Shown here: positions 35,770 through 44,282 of the stretch, piece by piece
How the letters are laid out: every line of letters begins with the position of its first letter
How positions within the stretch are numbered: the first letter of the stretch is position 1
NCBI GenBank assembly: GCA_018814025.1
Contig: JAHJAM010000012.1
Span: 1-51,993, forward strand
Direction: 5' to 3'
Length of the DNA: 51,993 nt
Source: Patescibacteria group bacterium
GTDB lineage: Bacteria; Patescibacteriota; Patescibacteriia; UBA9934; GWF2-40-263
The notes under the pieces: generated by a model
Told to the model about the DNA's origin: nothing
Databases searched by the model: none
Seen by the model: the letters and a program-made list of their open reading frames with translations, nothing else
Translations under genes and position numbers: made by a program

Positions 35770-37011
35770 CTAAGCGGAGGCCGGCTTGGTGCGCTTGCCG
35801 CGCTTCCGGTCCGCGGCTGCGTTCTGCCGGCGCGTTTCCGCGGCTTTCTTGGCGGCCAAGGAACGCTTGCGGCGCAGTTCTTCCTCAGGCGTGAGCTCAC
35901 GGACCGGCTCGGCCGGCTTGCTCTCGCCGTTGTCCGGGGCTTGGACCGTGGTTGTGACTTTATCGGCCTGGTCTTCCAGATACGCTTCCAGCACGTCCAG
36001 GAAGTAACCGACGGCTGAGGCTCGTTTGGTGCGATTGGCTTGTACGATCCGGCTCTTCCCGGCAACCTTGTCAGGCTGCAGCAGGCCCCGAAGAATTCGG
36101 TTGCACTTTCGGTAATCTTCCAGGCTCATGTCCGGGCCGAAGACCGAGGCTTCTAGCTTCACATGCAACTGAGCCCAGTGGCGATTGAGCACGTCCCACA
36201 CCGGCTTTTGCTCATTGTCGTCCCAAACGCACCCGGCCGGCAGCTCCGGCTTGTTGATGACTTGATCGGACAAGGCGCGCACTTCCAGCGCTTCCATCTC
36301 CGCTTCGCTCAAGATCGAGCTTAGCCCGATCTGATAGGGGATGGCTTCCATGGTGGAGAATTTTTCGATCAAACGAACCGTGACCGGTTCGCCGATCGGG
36401 GGCTGAGCACTGCCGCGGGCCAGCACGATCCACTTGCCCGAGGGATGAATAGTGCTGATCTGCAGATGCCCGCTCTTGGAAACCGATGGATAGAAGATGA
36501 CTTCGCTCTTGAGCGAAAAGCGCTTGCCCGGATCCGTCCATTCGCGCTTGGACAAGCTGAGCGGATCCAAGAACAGCACGCGCCCGTGGCGATAGTAGGT
36601 GTCATCGCCGTCCGCGTCTTTCTGGCCGGTGGGCTCGTACTTGTAGGCGATCACGAAATCGTATCGCTTTTCGAACTCGGGATGCATGAACAGACTCGAT
36701 GCCGGACGGACCTGCGTGTCGAAGTCGTCATCCAAAATGGCATAGGCGGATTCGATCGGCATCTTCAGGATGCCGTTTTCCGGCAGCTTGACCGGTTTTT
36801 GTTGACGCTGGGACAGCTTGTTCGCGAGCTCGGTTCGATGTTTGGAGTGGATCTCGAGGTTAGTGAAGTGCGCCTTGCGAGGCTGATGAAAGACGAAGGG
36901 CACCACATCATATTCATCCGCGAACACGCCCAGCATCTCAAACATCCGGTGATGCCACTCCAGGCCTTCGGGCACGACGAGCTTGGGATTTTTCTCCGGC
37001 TTTTTCGACAT
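35770..37011 (-). CDS. Hypothetical protein, 413 aa, with a basic Arg/Lys-rich C-terminal tail and no recognised domain
   Basis: Long ORF with GGAGG (37023-37019) 7 nt upstream of the ATG and a near-consensus promoter. GC looks higher than in the neighbours. Confidence 0.7.
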   Translation of the reverse strand: MSKKPEKNPKLVVPEGLEWHHRMFEMLGVFADEYDVVPFVFHQPRKAHFTNLEIHSKHRTELANKLSQRQQKPVKLPENGILKMPIESAYAILDDDFDTQVRPASSLFMHPEFEKRYDFVIAYKYEPTGQKDADGDDTYYRHGRVLFLDPLSLSKREWTDPGKRFSLKSEVIFYPSVSKSGHLQISTIHPSGKWIVLARGSAQPPIGEPVTVRLIEKFSTMEAIPYQIGLSSILSEAEMEALEVRALSDQVINKPELPAGCVWDDNEQKPVWDVLNRHWAQLHVKLEASVFGPDMSLEDYRKCNRILRGLLQPDKVAGKSRIVQANRTKRASAVGYFLDVLEAYLEDQADKVTTTVQAPDNGESKPAEPVRELTPEEELRRKRSLAAKKAAETRRQNAAADRKRGKRTKPASA

Positions 37012-37081
37012 GGAAAGACCTCCTGCACGGTGTGCGGTTTGTTGTCTAAACTAGGGCTGAACCCTTTCGAATCGACCGCGC

Positions 37082-37110
37082 AATATATCAAGAAATCAGC
37101 TATTTGTCAA
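37082..37110 (-). promoter_or_regulatory. Near-consensus sigma70 promoter for the 413-aa gene
   Basis: On the minus strand: TTGACA (37110-37105), 17-nt spacer, TATATT (37087-37082). Confidence 0.55.
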
Positions 37111-37182
37111 GGCTTTTTGACTCAAACTGCCAATAAATCGATATTTATCAATGATATCTGGGTTTTTCTTTGTCCCAACACC

Positions 37183-37211
37183 TTGACAAAACCACATTTT
37201 TTTGCTAATCT
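37183..37211 (+). promoter_or_regulatory. Near-consensus sigma70 promoter for the 266-aa gene
   Basis: TTGACA (37183-37188), 17-nt spacer, TAATCT (37206-37211). Confidence 0.55.
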
Positions 37212-37246
37212 ATGCGGTTCAGAAACTAATCACAAGGAGGAGACAC

Positions 37247-38047
37247 ATGTCTTCTGAACTTAATCCGGAAGCTGCCAGAAATGCTTTTTTCGCTTCGTTT
37301 CCAGCTGACCATCAACAAGTGGCCGAAGAGCTGCTCTCAGTCATGGATGACATGGTGCTCAATCATGAGCTGAAGTCCGGCAGTATCGATCAGCTGATTG
37401 AGCTGGATCATCAGATGAGCGCGAGCCAAGCTGATGGCCATGAGCCAAGCTCGGATCTGCCTCAGAATCTGAACGTGGGACACACCCGAGCGATCATCGC
37501 TTATCTGGCTCTGGCCTACGGCATCGTCATCTCGGCGGCCGAGGAATTTGACCTGGAGAACACCGATCACACCCTGTTGCTGATCGAGGCGGTCAAATCG
37601 GAAGCCGACACCGGTGAACCAGATGAGCCAACGCCGGTGCCGCCGCCGATTCCGTCTGAAGCGGATGACGAGGCTGACTTTGACCCGGGCGCGCTGTCCG
37701 CGGTCAATTCCGTGCCGCTTCTGCCTGATCTAACCGAGGCTGGTGAACCGCCGCCGATGCGGTCGGCGCCCATGGACAACTGGCCAAGCGTTAGAGAGTC
37801 GCTGAAAGTGCTCATCGAGCAGATCCGGGATCTGCAGAATGTGCAAAAATCGATTCAGCTTAGCCTATCGCCCAAGAGCGAATTTGAAGCCGTGGAGGAG
37901 AAAATTGTTCTTCTGTACGCACATCTGGCTGAGCGAGCGCGATACCTGCAGCGCATGGCCGGACGTCGACACCGGTTTCAGGCGCTTTATCAGAAAGCCC
38001 TCAAATACATTGAGGACTCAACACCGCCTGGATGGTTAGCATCCTAA
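37247..38047 (+). CDS. Hypothetical acidic protein, 266 aa, with a Pro/Asp/Glu-rich central linker and a helical C-terminus
   Basis: AAGGAGGAG (37234-37242) lies 4 nt upstream of ATG 37247. No recognised domain. Confidence 0.7.
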   Translation: MSSELNPEAARNAFFASFPADHQQVAEELLSVMDDMVLNHELKSGSIDQLIELDHQMSASQADGHEPSSDLPQNLNVGHTRAIIAYLALAYGIVISAAEEFDLENTDHTLLLIEAVKSEADTGEPDEPTPVPPPIPSEADDEADFDPGALSAVNSVPLLPDLTEAGEPPPMRSAPMDNWPSVRESLKVLIEQIRDLQNVQKSIQLSLSPKSEFEAVEEKIVLLYAHLAERARYLQRMAGRRHRFQALYQKALKYIEDSTPPGWLAS

Positions 38048-38091
38048 CTGCTAAGGTGGAATTCTACCGTTTTTTCAAGGCAGGCCTTTTC

Positions 38092-38121
38092 GCCACCCGA
38101 AGTAATTCGGGTGGTTTTTTT
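38092..38121 (+). terminator. Intrinsic terminator at the right edge of the island
   Basis: Stem CCACCCGAA / TTCGGGTGG followed by T7. It is preceded by a weaker hairpin with a T-run at about 38055-38075. Confidence 0.8.
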
Positions 38122-38144
38122 ATTTCCGACTCTCATGCTAAGAT

Positions 38145-41075
38145 ATGCCCACTATGGACTTACTTGAAGGCTTAAATCCGGAGCAAAAATCAGCGGTGGA
38201 GCATCAAAGCGGTCCGCTCATGATCGTGGCCGGAGCCGGCACGGGCAAAACCATGGTGATCACGCGCCGTATTGCTTGGTTGATTGATCAAAAGCTGGCG
38301 GCGCCGGAAAACATCCTGGCCCTGACTTTTACGGACAAGGCGGCCGGGGAAATGGAAGAGCGCGTGGATTTGCTTTTGCCTTACGGCTACGTGGATATTC
38401 AAATTTCAACTTTCCATTCGTTTTGTGAAAAAGTGTTGCGGGAATTCGGGGCGGAGATCGGCTTGTCTCCGGATTTCAAGGTACTCGCCGAATTGGATGC
38501 CTGGCTGTTGGCGCGGGCTCGGTTTTCAGATTTTGCTTTAGATTATTACCGCCCGCTGGGCAATCCCACCAAATATTTGCGCGGGCTGTTGACTCATTTT
38601 TCTCGAGCCAAAGACAATGCACTGACCGCGGATCGGTATTTGGAATATGCGGCCGAACAAGCGGCCAATCAGGACCAGGCTTTGGATCAAGCCGAAGCCG
38701 GCCGGCTGAGCGAACTGGCCAGCGCCTATCATCAATATCAGCAAATTCTACTGGCCAATGATTCTTTGGACTTCGGGGATTTGCTTTTATACGTTTGGCA
38801 GCTGCTCAAAACGCGGCCCAAAATTTTGCAGCAATTGCAAGCCAAGTATCAATACCTGCTGGTGGATGAGTTTCAGGATACCAATCGCATTCAGTATGAA
38901 ATCGTGAAGCTTTTGGCCGCGCCGAAAAACAATCTGACGGTGGTGGGGGATGATGATCAGGCGATTTACCGTTTTCGCGGCGCGTCCGTGGCCAATATCC
39001 TGCAATTTCAAAAGGATTTCCCGGATTGCCAAAAAGTCGTGCTGAAAAATAATTATCGGTCCGGGCAAGCAATTTTGGATTTGGCTTATTCATTTATTCA
39101 AATGAATAATCCGGATCGGCTGGAAACCCAAATGGCGGATCCGGCCGCGAAAAAGCTGACGGCCCAGACCGAGCACCCGGGGCTGATTGAACATTTGCAC
39201 TATCCCAATTTAGAGCAAGAAGCCGCGGCCGTGGCGCGCAAAATTCAAGAATTGCAGGCCGCTGGACCGGATTTGCACTGGGGTGACTTCGCGATTTTAA
39301 TTCGGGCCAATGATGCGGCCGCGCCGTTTATCCAAGCCCTGGAGCGCCGGCAAATTCCTTTTCGCTTTATGGCTTTGCGCGGGCTTTACAGCAAACCGAT
39401 TATTTTGGATTTGCTGGCCCACCTGCGAATTATCGATCAGCCTCATGACAGTCCGAGTTTTTATCGCATCTTGAACCAGCCGATTTATCAGATTCCGCCC
39501 GAGGCTGTGATTGAATTGAATCAGCTGGCGCGGCGCAAGGGCAAAAGCCTGTATGAAGCCTGCCGCTTGGCTTCACTGGCTAATCTGCCGCCTCAAGTTT
39601 TCGCCCGGGTCAATACGGTCTTGTCTGATTTGGATAAATTTCAGCAGCTGGCTCGAAATAAAAAATGTTCGGAACTGTTAATCACTTTGGCTCGGGACGG
39701 GCATTATGTGGAATTTTTGCGTTCCCTGACTGAGCGGGAATCGCACGAGGCGTTTCGCTGGCTTCAACAGCTGTATGAACGAATTTTGAGCTTTGAAAAC
39801 CGGCACGATGATAAATCTTTGGCCAACTTCATGGCTGAATTCGCTTTTGAACGGGACGCGGGCGAAGAAGGGGCGCTGGCGCAAAATTTGGAAGAAGGGC
39901 CGGAAGTGGTGAAAATCATGACCGTGCACAGTGCCAAAGGCTTGGAATTTAAATATGTTTTCGTGATTAATTTGGTGGACCAGCGCTTTCCCACGCGCCG
40001 CCGCCCCGAAGCCATTCCTTTGCCGGATGAATTGCTGGATGAACAGACCACGGCCGGGGATTGGCACTTGGCAGAAGAGCGACGTTTGTTTTACGTGGCT
40101 TTGACTCGGGCAAAGCAGGGCTTATTTTTGACCTCGGCCGATGATTACGGGGGCGCGCGCAGAAGAAAACTATCCCGTTTTCTGATCGAAGCCGGTTTTG
40201 CCAAAACTCCGGAATTGCTGAACGAGCAAACCGCGGGCACTTTTGACGCTCAGGAGGAAATCACCGTGACCTTGGAGCCGCTGACCATTCATCTGCCCAA
40301 ACAATTTTCTTTCACCCAGCTGACCGCGTTTCGCACCTGCCCGCTGCAATATAAGTTCGCGCATGTTTTGAAGATCCCGGTTTTCGGCAAGTGGACTTTT
40401 TCTTTCGGCAAAACCATGCATAACACCTTGCAGCAGTTTTTCAAGCTTTGGATCGAACGCGTGGGCAGCCGGCAGGGAAATTTATTCGCGGGCCAAAATC
40501 AGCCCGCGGACGGAAGCTTGCCGGTGAAGCTGGAAGAACTGCTGGAGGCCTATCAAAAATCCTGGCAGGATGACTGGTATCAAAATGATGATCAGCGTGA
40601 AGAGTATCGAACCAAAGGCCGTGCCGCTTTAAAGGATTATTATCGGCAAATGGGGGATCAACCGCCTGAACCCCACATGCTAGAACAGGGCTTCACTCTG
40701 AAATTTGGAGCCGTCATCATCAAGGGGCGAATCGATCGGATTGATCGCTGCGCGGGCGGCGTGGAAATTATCGATTATAAAACCGGCAAAGCCAAAACCG
40801 AAAAGACCCTGGATCGCGGCGATAAGGAACAGCTGCTTTTATATCAGATCGCGGCCCGCGACGTGCTGGGCTTGCAGCCGATAAAATTAACTTATCATTA
40901 CTTGGAAGATAATTCTCAGGTGTCGTTTTTGGGCTCGGATGACGAATTGCTGGATTTGCAAGAACAGATTTTGGAGCGCGTGGAGATGATTCGCCATAGT
41001 AATTTTTCCGCTCTGCCCGGCTTCCATTGCCGGTTTTGCGACTTTGCGGACATTTGCGAATATCGAGAAACTTAA
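38145..41075 (+). CDS. UvrD/PcrA-family SF1 helicase fused to a C-terminal PD-(D/E)xK nuclease with a Cas4/AddB-type 4-Cys cluster
   Basis: Helicase motifs AGAGTGKT, FTDKAAGEM, LLVDEFQDTN, VGDDDQAIYRFRGA, NYRS, TVHSAKGLEF and LFYVALTRAK. Nuclease motifs RTCPLQYKF, GRIDRIDR...IIDYKTGK, QLLLYQ and CRFCDFADIC. Confidence 0.9.
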   Translation: MPTMDLLEGLNPEQKSAVEHQSGPLMIVAGAGTGKTMVITRRIAWLIDQKLAAPENILALTFTDKAAGEMEERVDLLLPYGYVDIQISTFHSFCEKVLREFGAEIGLSPDFKVLAELDAWLLARARFSDFALDYYRPLGNPTKYLRGLLTHFSRAKDNALTADRYLEYAAEQAANQDQALDQAEAGRLSELASAYHQYQQILLANDSLDFGDLLLYVWQLLKTRPKILQQLQAKYQYLLVDEFQDTNRIQYEIVKLLAAPKNNLTVVGDDDQAIYRFRGASVANILQFQKDFPDCQKVVLKNNYRSGQAILDLAYSFIQMNNPDRLETQMADPAAKKLTAQTEHPGLIEHLHYPNLEQEAAAVARKIQELQAAGPDLHWGDFAILIRANDAAAPFIQALERRQIPFRFMALRGLYSKPIILDLLAHLRIIDQPHDSPSFYRILNQPIYQIPPEAVIELNQLARRKGKSLYEACRLASLANLPPQVFARVNTVLSDLDKFQQLARNKKCSELLITLARDGHYVEFLRSLTERESHEAFRWLQQLYERILSFENRHDDKSLANFMAEFAFERDAGEEGALAQNLEEGPEVVKIMTVHSAKGLEFKYVFVINLVDQRFPTRRRPEAIPLPDELLDEQTTAGDWHLAEERRLFYVALTRAKQGLFLTSADDYGGARRRKLSRFLIEAGFAKTPELLNEQTAGTFDAQEEITVTLEPLTIHLPKQFSFTQLTAFRTCPLQYKFAHVLKIPVFGKWTFSFGKTMHNTLQQFFKLWIERVGSRQGNLFAGQNQPADGSLPVKLEELLEAYQKSWQDDWYQNDDQREEYRTKGRAALKDYYRQMGDQPPEPHMLEQGFTLKFGAVIIKGRIDRIDRCAGGVEIIDYKTGKAKTEKTLDRGDKEQLLLYQIAARDVLGLQPIKLTYHYLEDNSQVSFLGSDDELLDLQEQILERVEMIRHSNFSALPGFHCRFCDFADICEYRET

Positions 41076-41076
41076 T

Positions 41077-41406
41077 ATGGCCATCCCCATCAAAGATCTT
41101 TTATCCGGCGCGGTTCGCCGAGCCCAGAACAGTAAACCCTTGACCAGCGCTTGGGTGCTGGATGAAGCCAATCGATATTTGCGCGAAATCTTGCCGCGCC
41201 GCCGAAGCAACAGCGCGCGTGCGATCTCGTACCGCGACGGCCAGATCATGTTCGCTTGCTTAAGCGGTTCGACCGCGAGTTTCGTGACGCAAAATACCGA
41301 CTCGATCATAGAGCATTTGAAAAAGAATTTGCCGGATTGCGATTTGCGCCAAATCCAGACCAAAGTGGTGGGCCAATATCCGACCAAGGATTTTATGGTA
41401 AAATAG
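41077..41406 (+). CDS. DUF721 (DciA-like) protein
   Basis: 109 aa. The ATG lies 1 nt after the helicase stop. The pattern W....A...L......A.SYRDGQIMFACLSGSTASFV fits DUF721. This is a weak assignment from memory. Confidence 0.5.
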   Translation: MAIPIKDLLSGAVRRAQNSKPLTSAWVLDEANRYLREILPRRRSNSARAISYRDGQIMFACLSGSTASFVTQNTDSIIEHLKKNLPDCDLRQIQTKVVGQYPTKDFMVK

Positions 41407-41413
41407 ATGAGCT

Positions 41414-41800
41414 ATGTCATTTCGCACATATTTAATTGTGATGACGCTGGCCACGGTGGCGGCCTGGCTTTCTTGGCTGGTGGTTTTGGTTTCGATCGAT
41501 CCGGCCCGAGCCGGCCAAGTGGGTTTCATATTCTTCTATCTCACGCTGGCCACGGCGCTCGTGGGCTCTTTATCCATTGGCGGGGCCGGAGTGCGAATTT
41601 GGCTCAAGCGCGATATCCCGGTATCCCGACACGTGGCCAAGTCGTTTCGCCACGGCTTGCTGCTCACCTGCCTGCTGGTCGGGGCCTTGCTGATGCTCGG
41701 GTTTGGCTTGTTCCGCTGGTGGACAATCACGCTTTTAGTCTGTTTTGTAACCTTAATGGAGACGGCTTTTTTGACCTTGCAACGCAATAAACGCTATTAG
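41414..41800 (+). CDS. Hypothetical 4-TM membrane protein
   Basis: Hydrophobic profile and tight spacing to the previous gene. Confidence 0.55.
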   Translation: MSFRTYLIVMTLATVAAWLSWLVVLVSIDPARAGQVGFIFFYLTLATALVGSLSIGGAGVRIWLKRDIPVSRHVAKSFRHGLLLTCLLVGALLMLGFGLFRWWTITLLVCFVTLMETAFLTLQRNKRY

Positions 41801-41912
41801 CCATTGAGCACAATTATTATTAATTTTAGGGCTTGCTTGCGCTTGGGAAGTCCTATAAGATTAGGAGGCTTTAAGAGCCTTCTTTGTTTTAGCCGGGCTT
41901 AAAATACGCAAT

Positions 41913-42962
41913 ATGCTGAATAAATTTTTGGGGAAATTTTCAAAAGATCTGGGGATTGATTTGGGCACTTCCAGCACTTTGGTTTTTTCCACGGAGAAGG
42001 GCGTGGTGATTCACGAACCGTCAGTGGTGGCCATCAATTTGAAAACCGAACAAATTTTAGCCGTGGGCCGAGATGCCAAAGACATGCTGGGCAAAACCCC
42101 GCCGCATATTGAAATTGTCAAACCTTTGCATAAGGGCGTGATTTCCGATTTTGAGGTCACGGAGAAAATGCTCAAATATTTTATCGATAAGGTGCATTCG
42201 GAAAGCTTTACCATCATTCCCAGGCCGCGCATCGTGATTGGCGTGCCTTTGGAAACCACGGAAGTGGAACGGAAAGCCATTGAAGACGCGGCTTTGTCCG
42301 CGGGCGCGCGCCAGGTCTTCATGATTGAAAACCCCATGCTGGCGGCGCTGGGCGCGCGCTTGCCATTATCCGAGTCCGTGGGAACCATGATCGTGGACGT
42401 GGGCGGGGGTAAAACCGAAATTGCGGTCATGTCTTTATCCGGGGTGGTGACTTGGCGCTCCTTGGCCATTGCCGGCGATGAAATGAATAAAAACATCATT
42501 CAGTACGCGAAGGATGTGTTCAGTCTGTTGTTGGGTGAAAGAAACGCGGAACAAGTAAAAATGCGCATTGGTAATGCGATTGAACAAGACGAGCCCTTGC
42601 AAATGGAAATGCGGGGCCGAGATCTGATCAGCGGCTTGCCTAAAGAAATTATCGTGAACGATTCGCAAATTCGCGAGGCATTGCAACGATCAGTTTCCAC
42701 CATCGTGGAAAACATCAAATCCACCATCGAGACCACGCCCCCGGAGCTGGTGGCGGATATTTATGAGCGGGGGATTGTCATGACCGGCGGCGGCTCGCTC
42801 TTGCGCGGTTTTGATACGCTGTTGTCCAAGCAAGCGCAAATTCCCGTGCGGGTGGCTGAAGATCCGATTACTTGCGTGGTCCGAGGCGCGGGCTATCTGC
42901 TGGAACATGAGGAATTGATTCAAGATTTGGCTTTGCCTTCCAGCCGCGATGAATCCGCCTAA
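41913..42962 (+). CDS. mreB: Rod shape-determining protein MreB
   Basis: DLGIDLGTSSTLVF, VIHEPSVVA, DVGGGKTEIAV and MTGGGSLLRG. Confidence 0.96.
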   Translation: MLNKFLGKFSKDLGIDLGTSSTLVFSTEKGVVIHEPSVVAINLKTEQILAVGRDAKDMLGKTPPHIEIVKPLHKGVISDFEVTEKMLKYFIDKVHSESFTIIPRPRIVIGVPLETTEVERKAIEDAALSAGARQVFMIENPMLAALGARLPLSESVGTMIVDVGGGKTEIAVMSLSGVVTWRSLAIAGDEMNKNIIQYAKDVFSLLLGERNAEQVKMRIGNAIEQDEPLQMEMRGRDLISGLPKEIIVNDSQIREALQRSVSTIVENIKSTIETTPPELVADIYERGIVMTGGGSLLRGFDTLLSKQAQIPVRVAEDPITCVVRGAGYLLEHEELIQDLALPSSRDESA

Positions 42963-42964
42963 GT

Positions 42965-43747
42965 ATGAAAAAATATCTCAGAATTATCCTGCTGGCCGCG
43001 GCTTTGCTGCTGGCGGTTCTGTTTTTCCAGCCGTATATCGGACGTGTTTTGGGTTATGCGCAAAGTCCGTTTGTGCAAGCCGGCACTTGGATTAAAACGC
43101 ACACGGACTTTATTTTTGAGCGCGGCGAATACACGCCGGCCAAATTCGCGGCCTTGGAACAGCAAAGATTGAGTTTGGCTTTCGAGGCAGCGGAATTGAT
43201 CGCCTTGCGCCAGGAAAACTCTTTGCTGCGCCAGCAGCTGGCTTTTGTGGAACGGCGTTACCTCACGGTCAAAACCGCGGAAATTACCAGCCGGAGCGTT
43301 TCCAAGCATGCCACTCATTTCACCATTAATCAGGGCCGGGCCGACGGATTGGCCGTGGGCAATCCGGTGGTGGTGGGGGACGGCAACTTGGTGGGCAAAA
43401 TCAGTCTGGTCAATCAGTACAGCGCCGTGGTCACCGGCATCACGGACTTGAATCTGGCCACGCCCGTGTCTTTGCTAAATACCAACCGCACGATCGGCAT
43501 CGCCCAAGGCACGATCGGGGATCTGCTGAATTTAAACTTCATCCCTCATGACGAGAACATCGCCATCAATGATTTGGTGGTGACCTCGGGCTTGGAAGAA
43601 TTCGTGCCCAGCGGCTTGCTGGTCGGAATTATTACGGCCGTGGCATCGGATCCGAACCAGCCATTTCAAACCGCGATCATTGAACCGCTAATCAGCATTT
43701 CGGATTACAGTTTGGTATCCGTGATCATCAATCAACCGGACCTATGA
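42965..43747 (+). CDS. mreC: Rod shape-determining protein MreC
   Basis: TM segment, coiled coil (LRQENSLLRQQL), then GDGNLVGKI...VVTSGLEE.FPSGLLVG. Confidence 0.85.
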   Translation: MKKYLRIILLAAALLLAVLFFQPYIGRVLGYAQSPFVQAGTWIKTHTDFIFERGEYTPAKFAALEQQRLSLAFEAAELIALRQENSLLRQQLAFVERRYLTVKTAEITSRSVSKHATHFTINQGRADGLAVGNPVVVGDGNLVGKISLVNQYSAVVTGITDLNLATPVSLLNTNRTIGIAQGTIGDLLNLNFIPHDENIAINDLVVTSGLEEFVPSGLLVGIITAVASDPNQPFQTAIIEPLISISDYSLVSVIINQPDL

Positions 43748-44274
43748 TAAGACTCGCGGTTTTCACGCTGGCTTTTCTTGGCCTGGCCATAATTCAAAAC
43801 AGCTTTTTCGCTTCCTTGCCCGGGGTTTTGCCGCTTTGGCCTTTGATTCTGGCCGTGGGCGTTTATTTACTCCAACATCAGTCTTTGACGGCTGGGGCTT
43901 GGCTGATCGCGGCCAATGGACTTTTTCTGGATCTGTTTCATTTGCAGATGGTGCCGGCGGAAACAATTTCATATCTGCTGACGGCTTTGGCCGCCGCGTA
44001 TTCGGCCAAACACGTTTTTTCTAATCGATCATTGTATGGCGTTTTGGCTTGCGGCTCGGCCACTTTCGGGGTTTTAAAACTGAGTCAAATGGCGATCCTG
44101 GGCTTGGTTTGGCTGCGCGAGGCTGAGCAGGTCGATTGGACGGTTTTTTCCCGGGAAACTTTTTGGTCCGGAATTTTGCTGATGATCGGGCTTTTGCTGC
44201 TGTTTCCTTTTGCCGTGCGCATTAAAAAACTCCTGCATAAATCTTTTTTTGTGTCCCAGCGCGACACTTTTTGA
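43744..44274 (+). CDS. mreD: Rod shape-determining protein MreD
   Basis: 5-TM protein overlapping the mreC stop (ATGA), in the expected position. Confidence 0.7.
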   Translation: MIRLAVFTLAFLGLAIIQNSFFASLPGVLPLWPLILAVGVYLLQHQSLTAGAWLIAANGLFLDLFHLQMVPAETISYLLTALAAAYSAKHVFSNRSLYGVLACGSATFGVLKLSQMAILGLVWLREAEQVDWTVFSRETFWSGILLMIGLLLLFPFAVRIKKLLHKSFFVSQRDTF

Positions 44275-44282
44275 TCCCTCTT

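Noticed and set aside
36445-37257. A 270-aa plus-strand ORF antisense to the 413-aa island gene
   Set aside because: It is a shadow ORF typical of GC-rich coding sequence. It has no SD or promoter and a low-complexity composition. The opposite-strand ORF is longer and has both a promoter and an SD.
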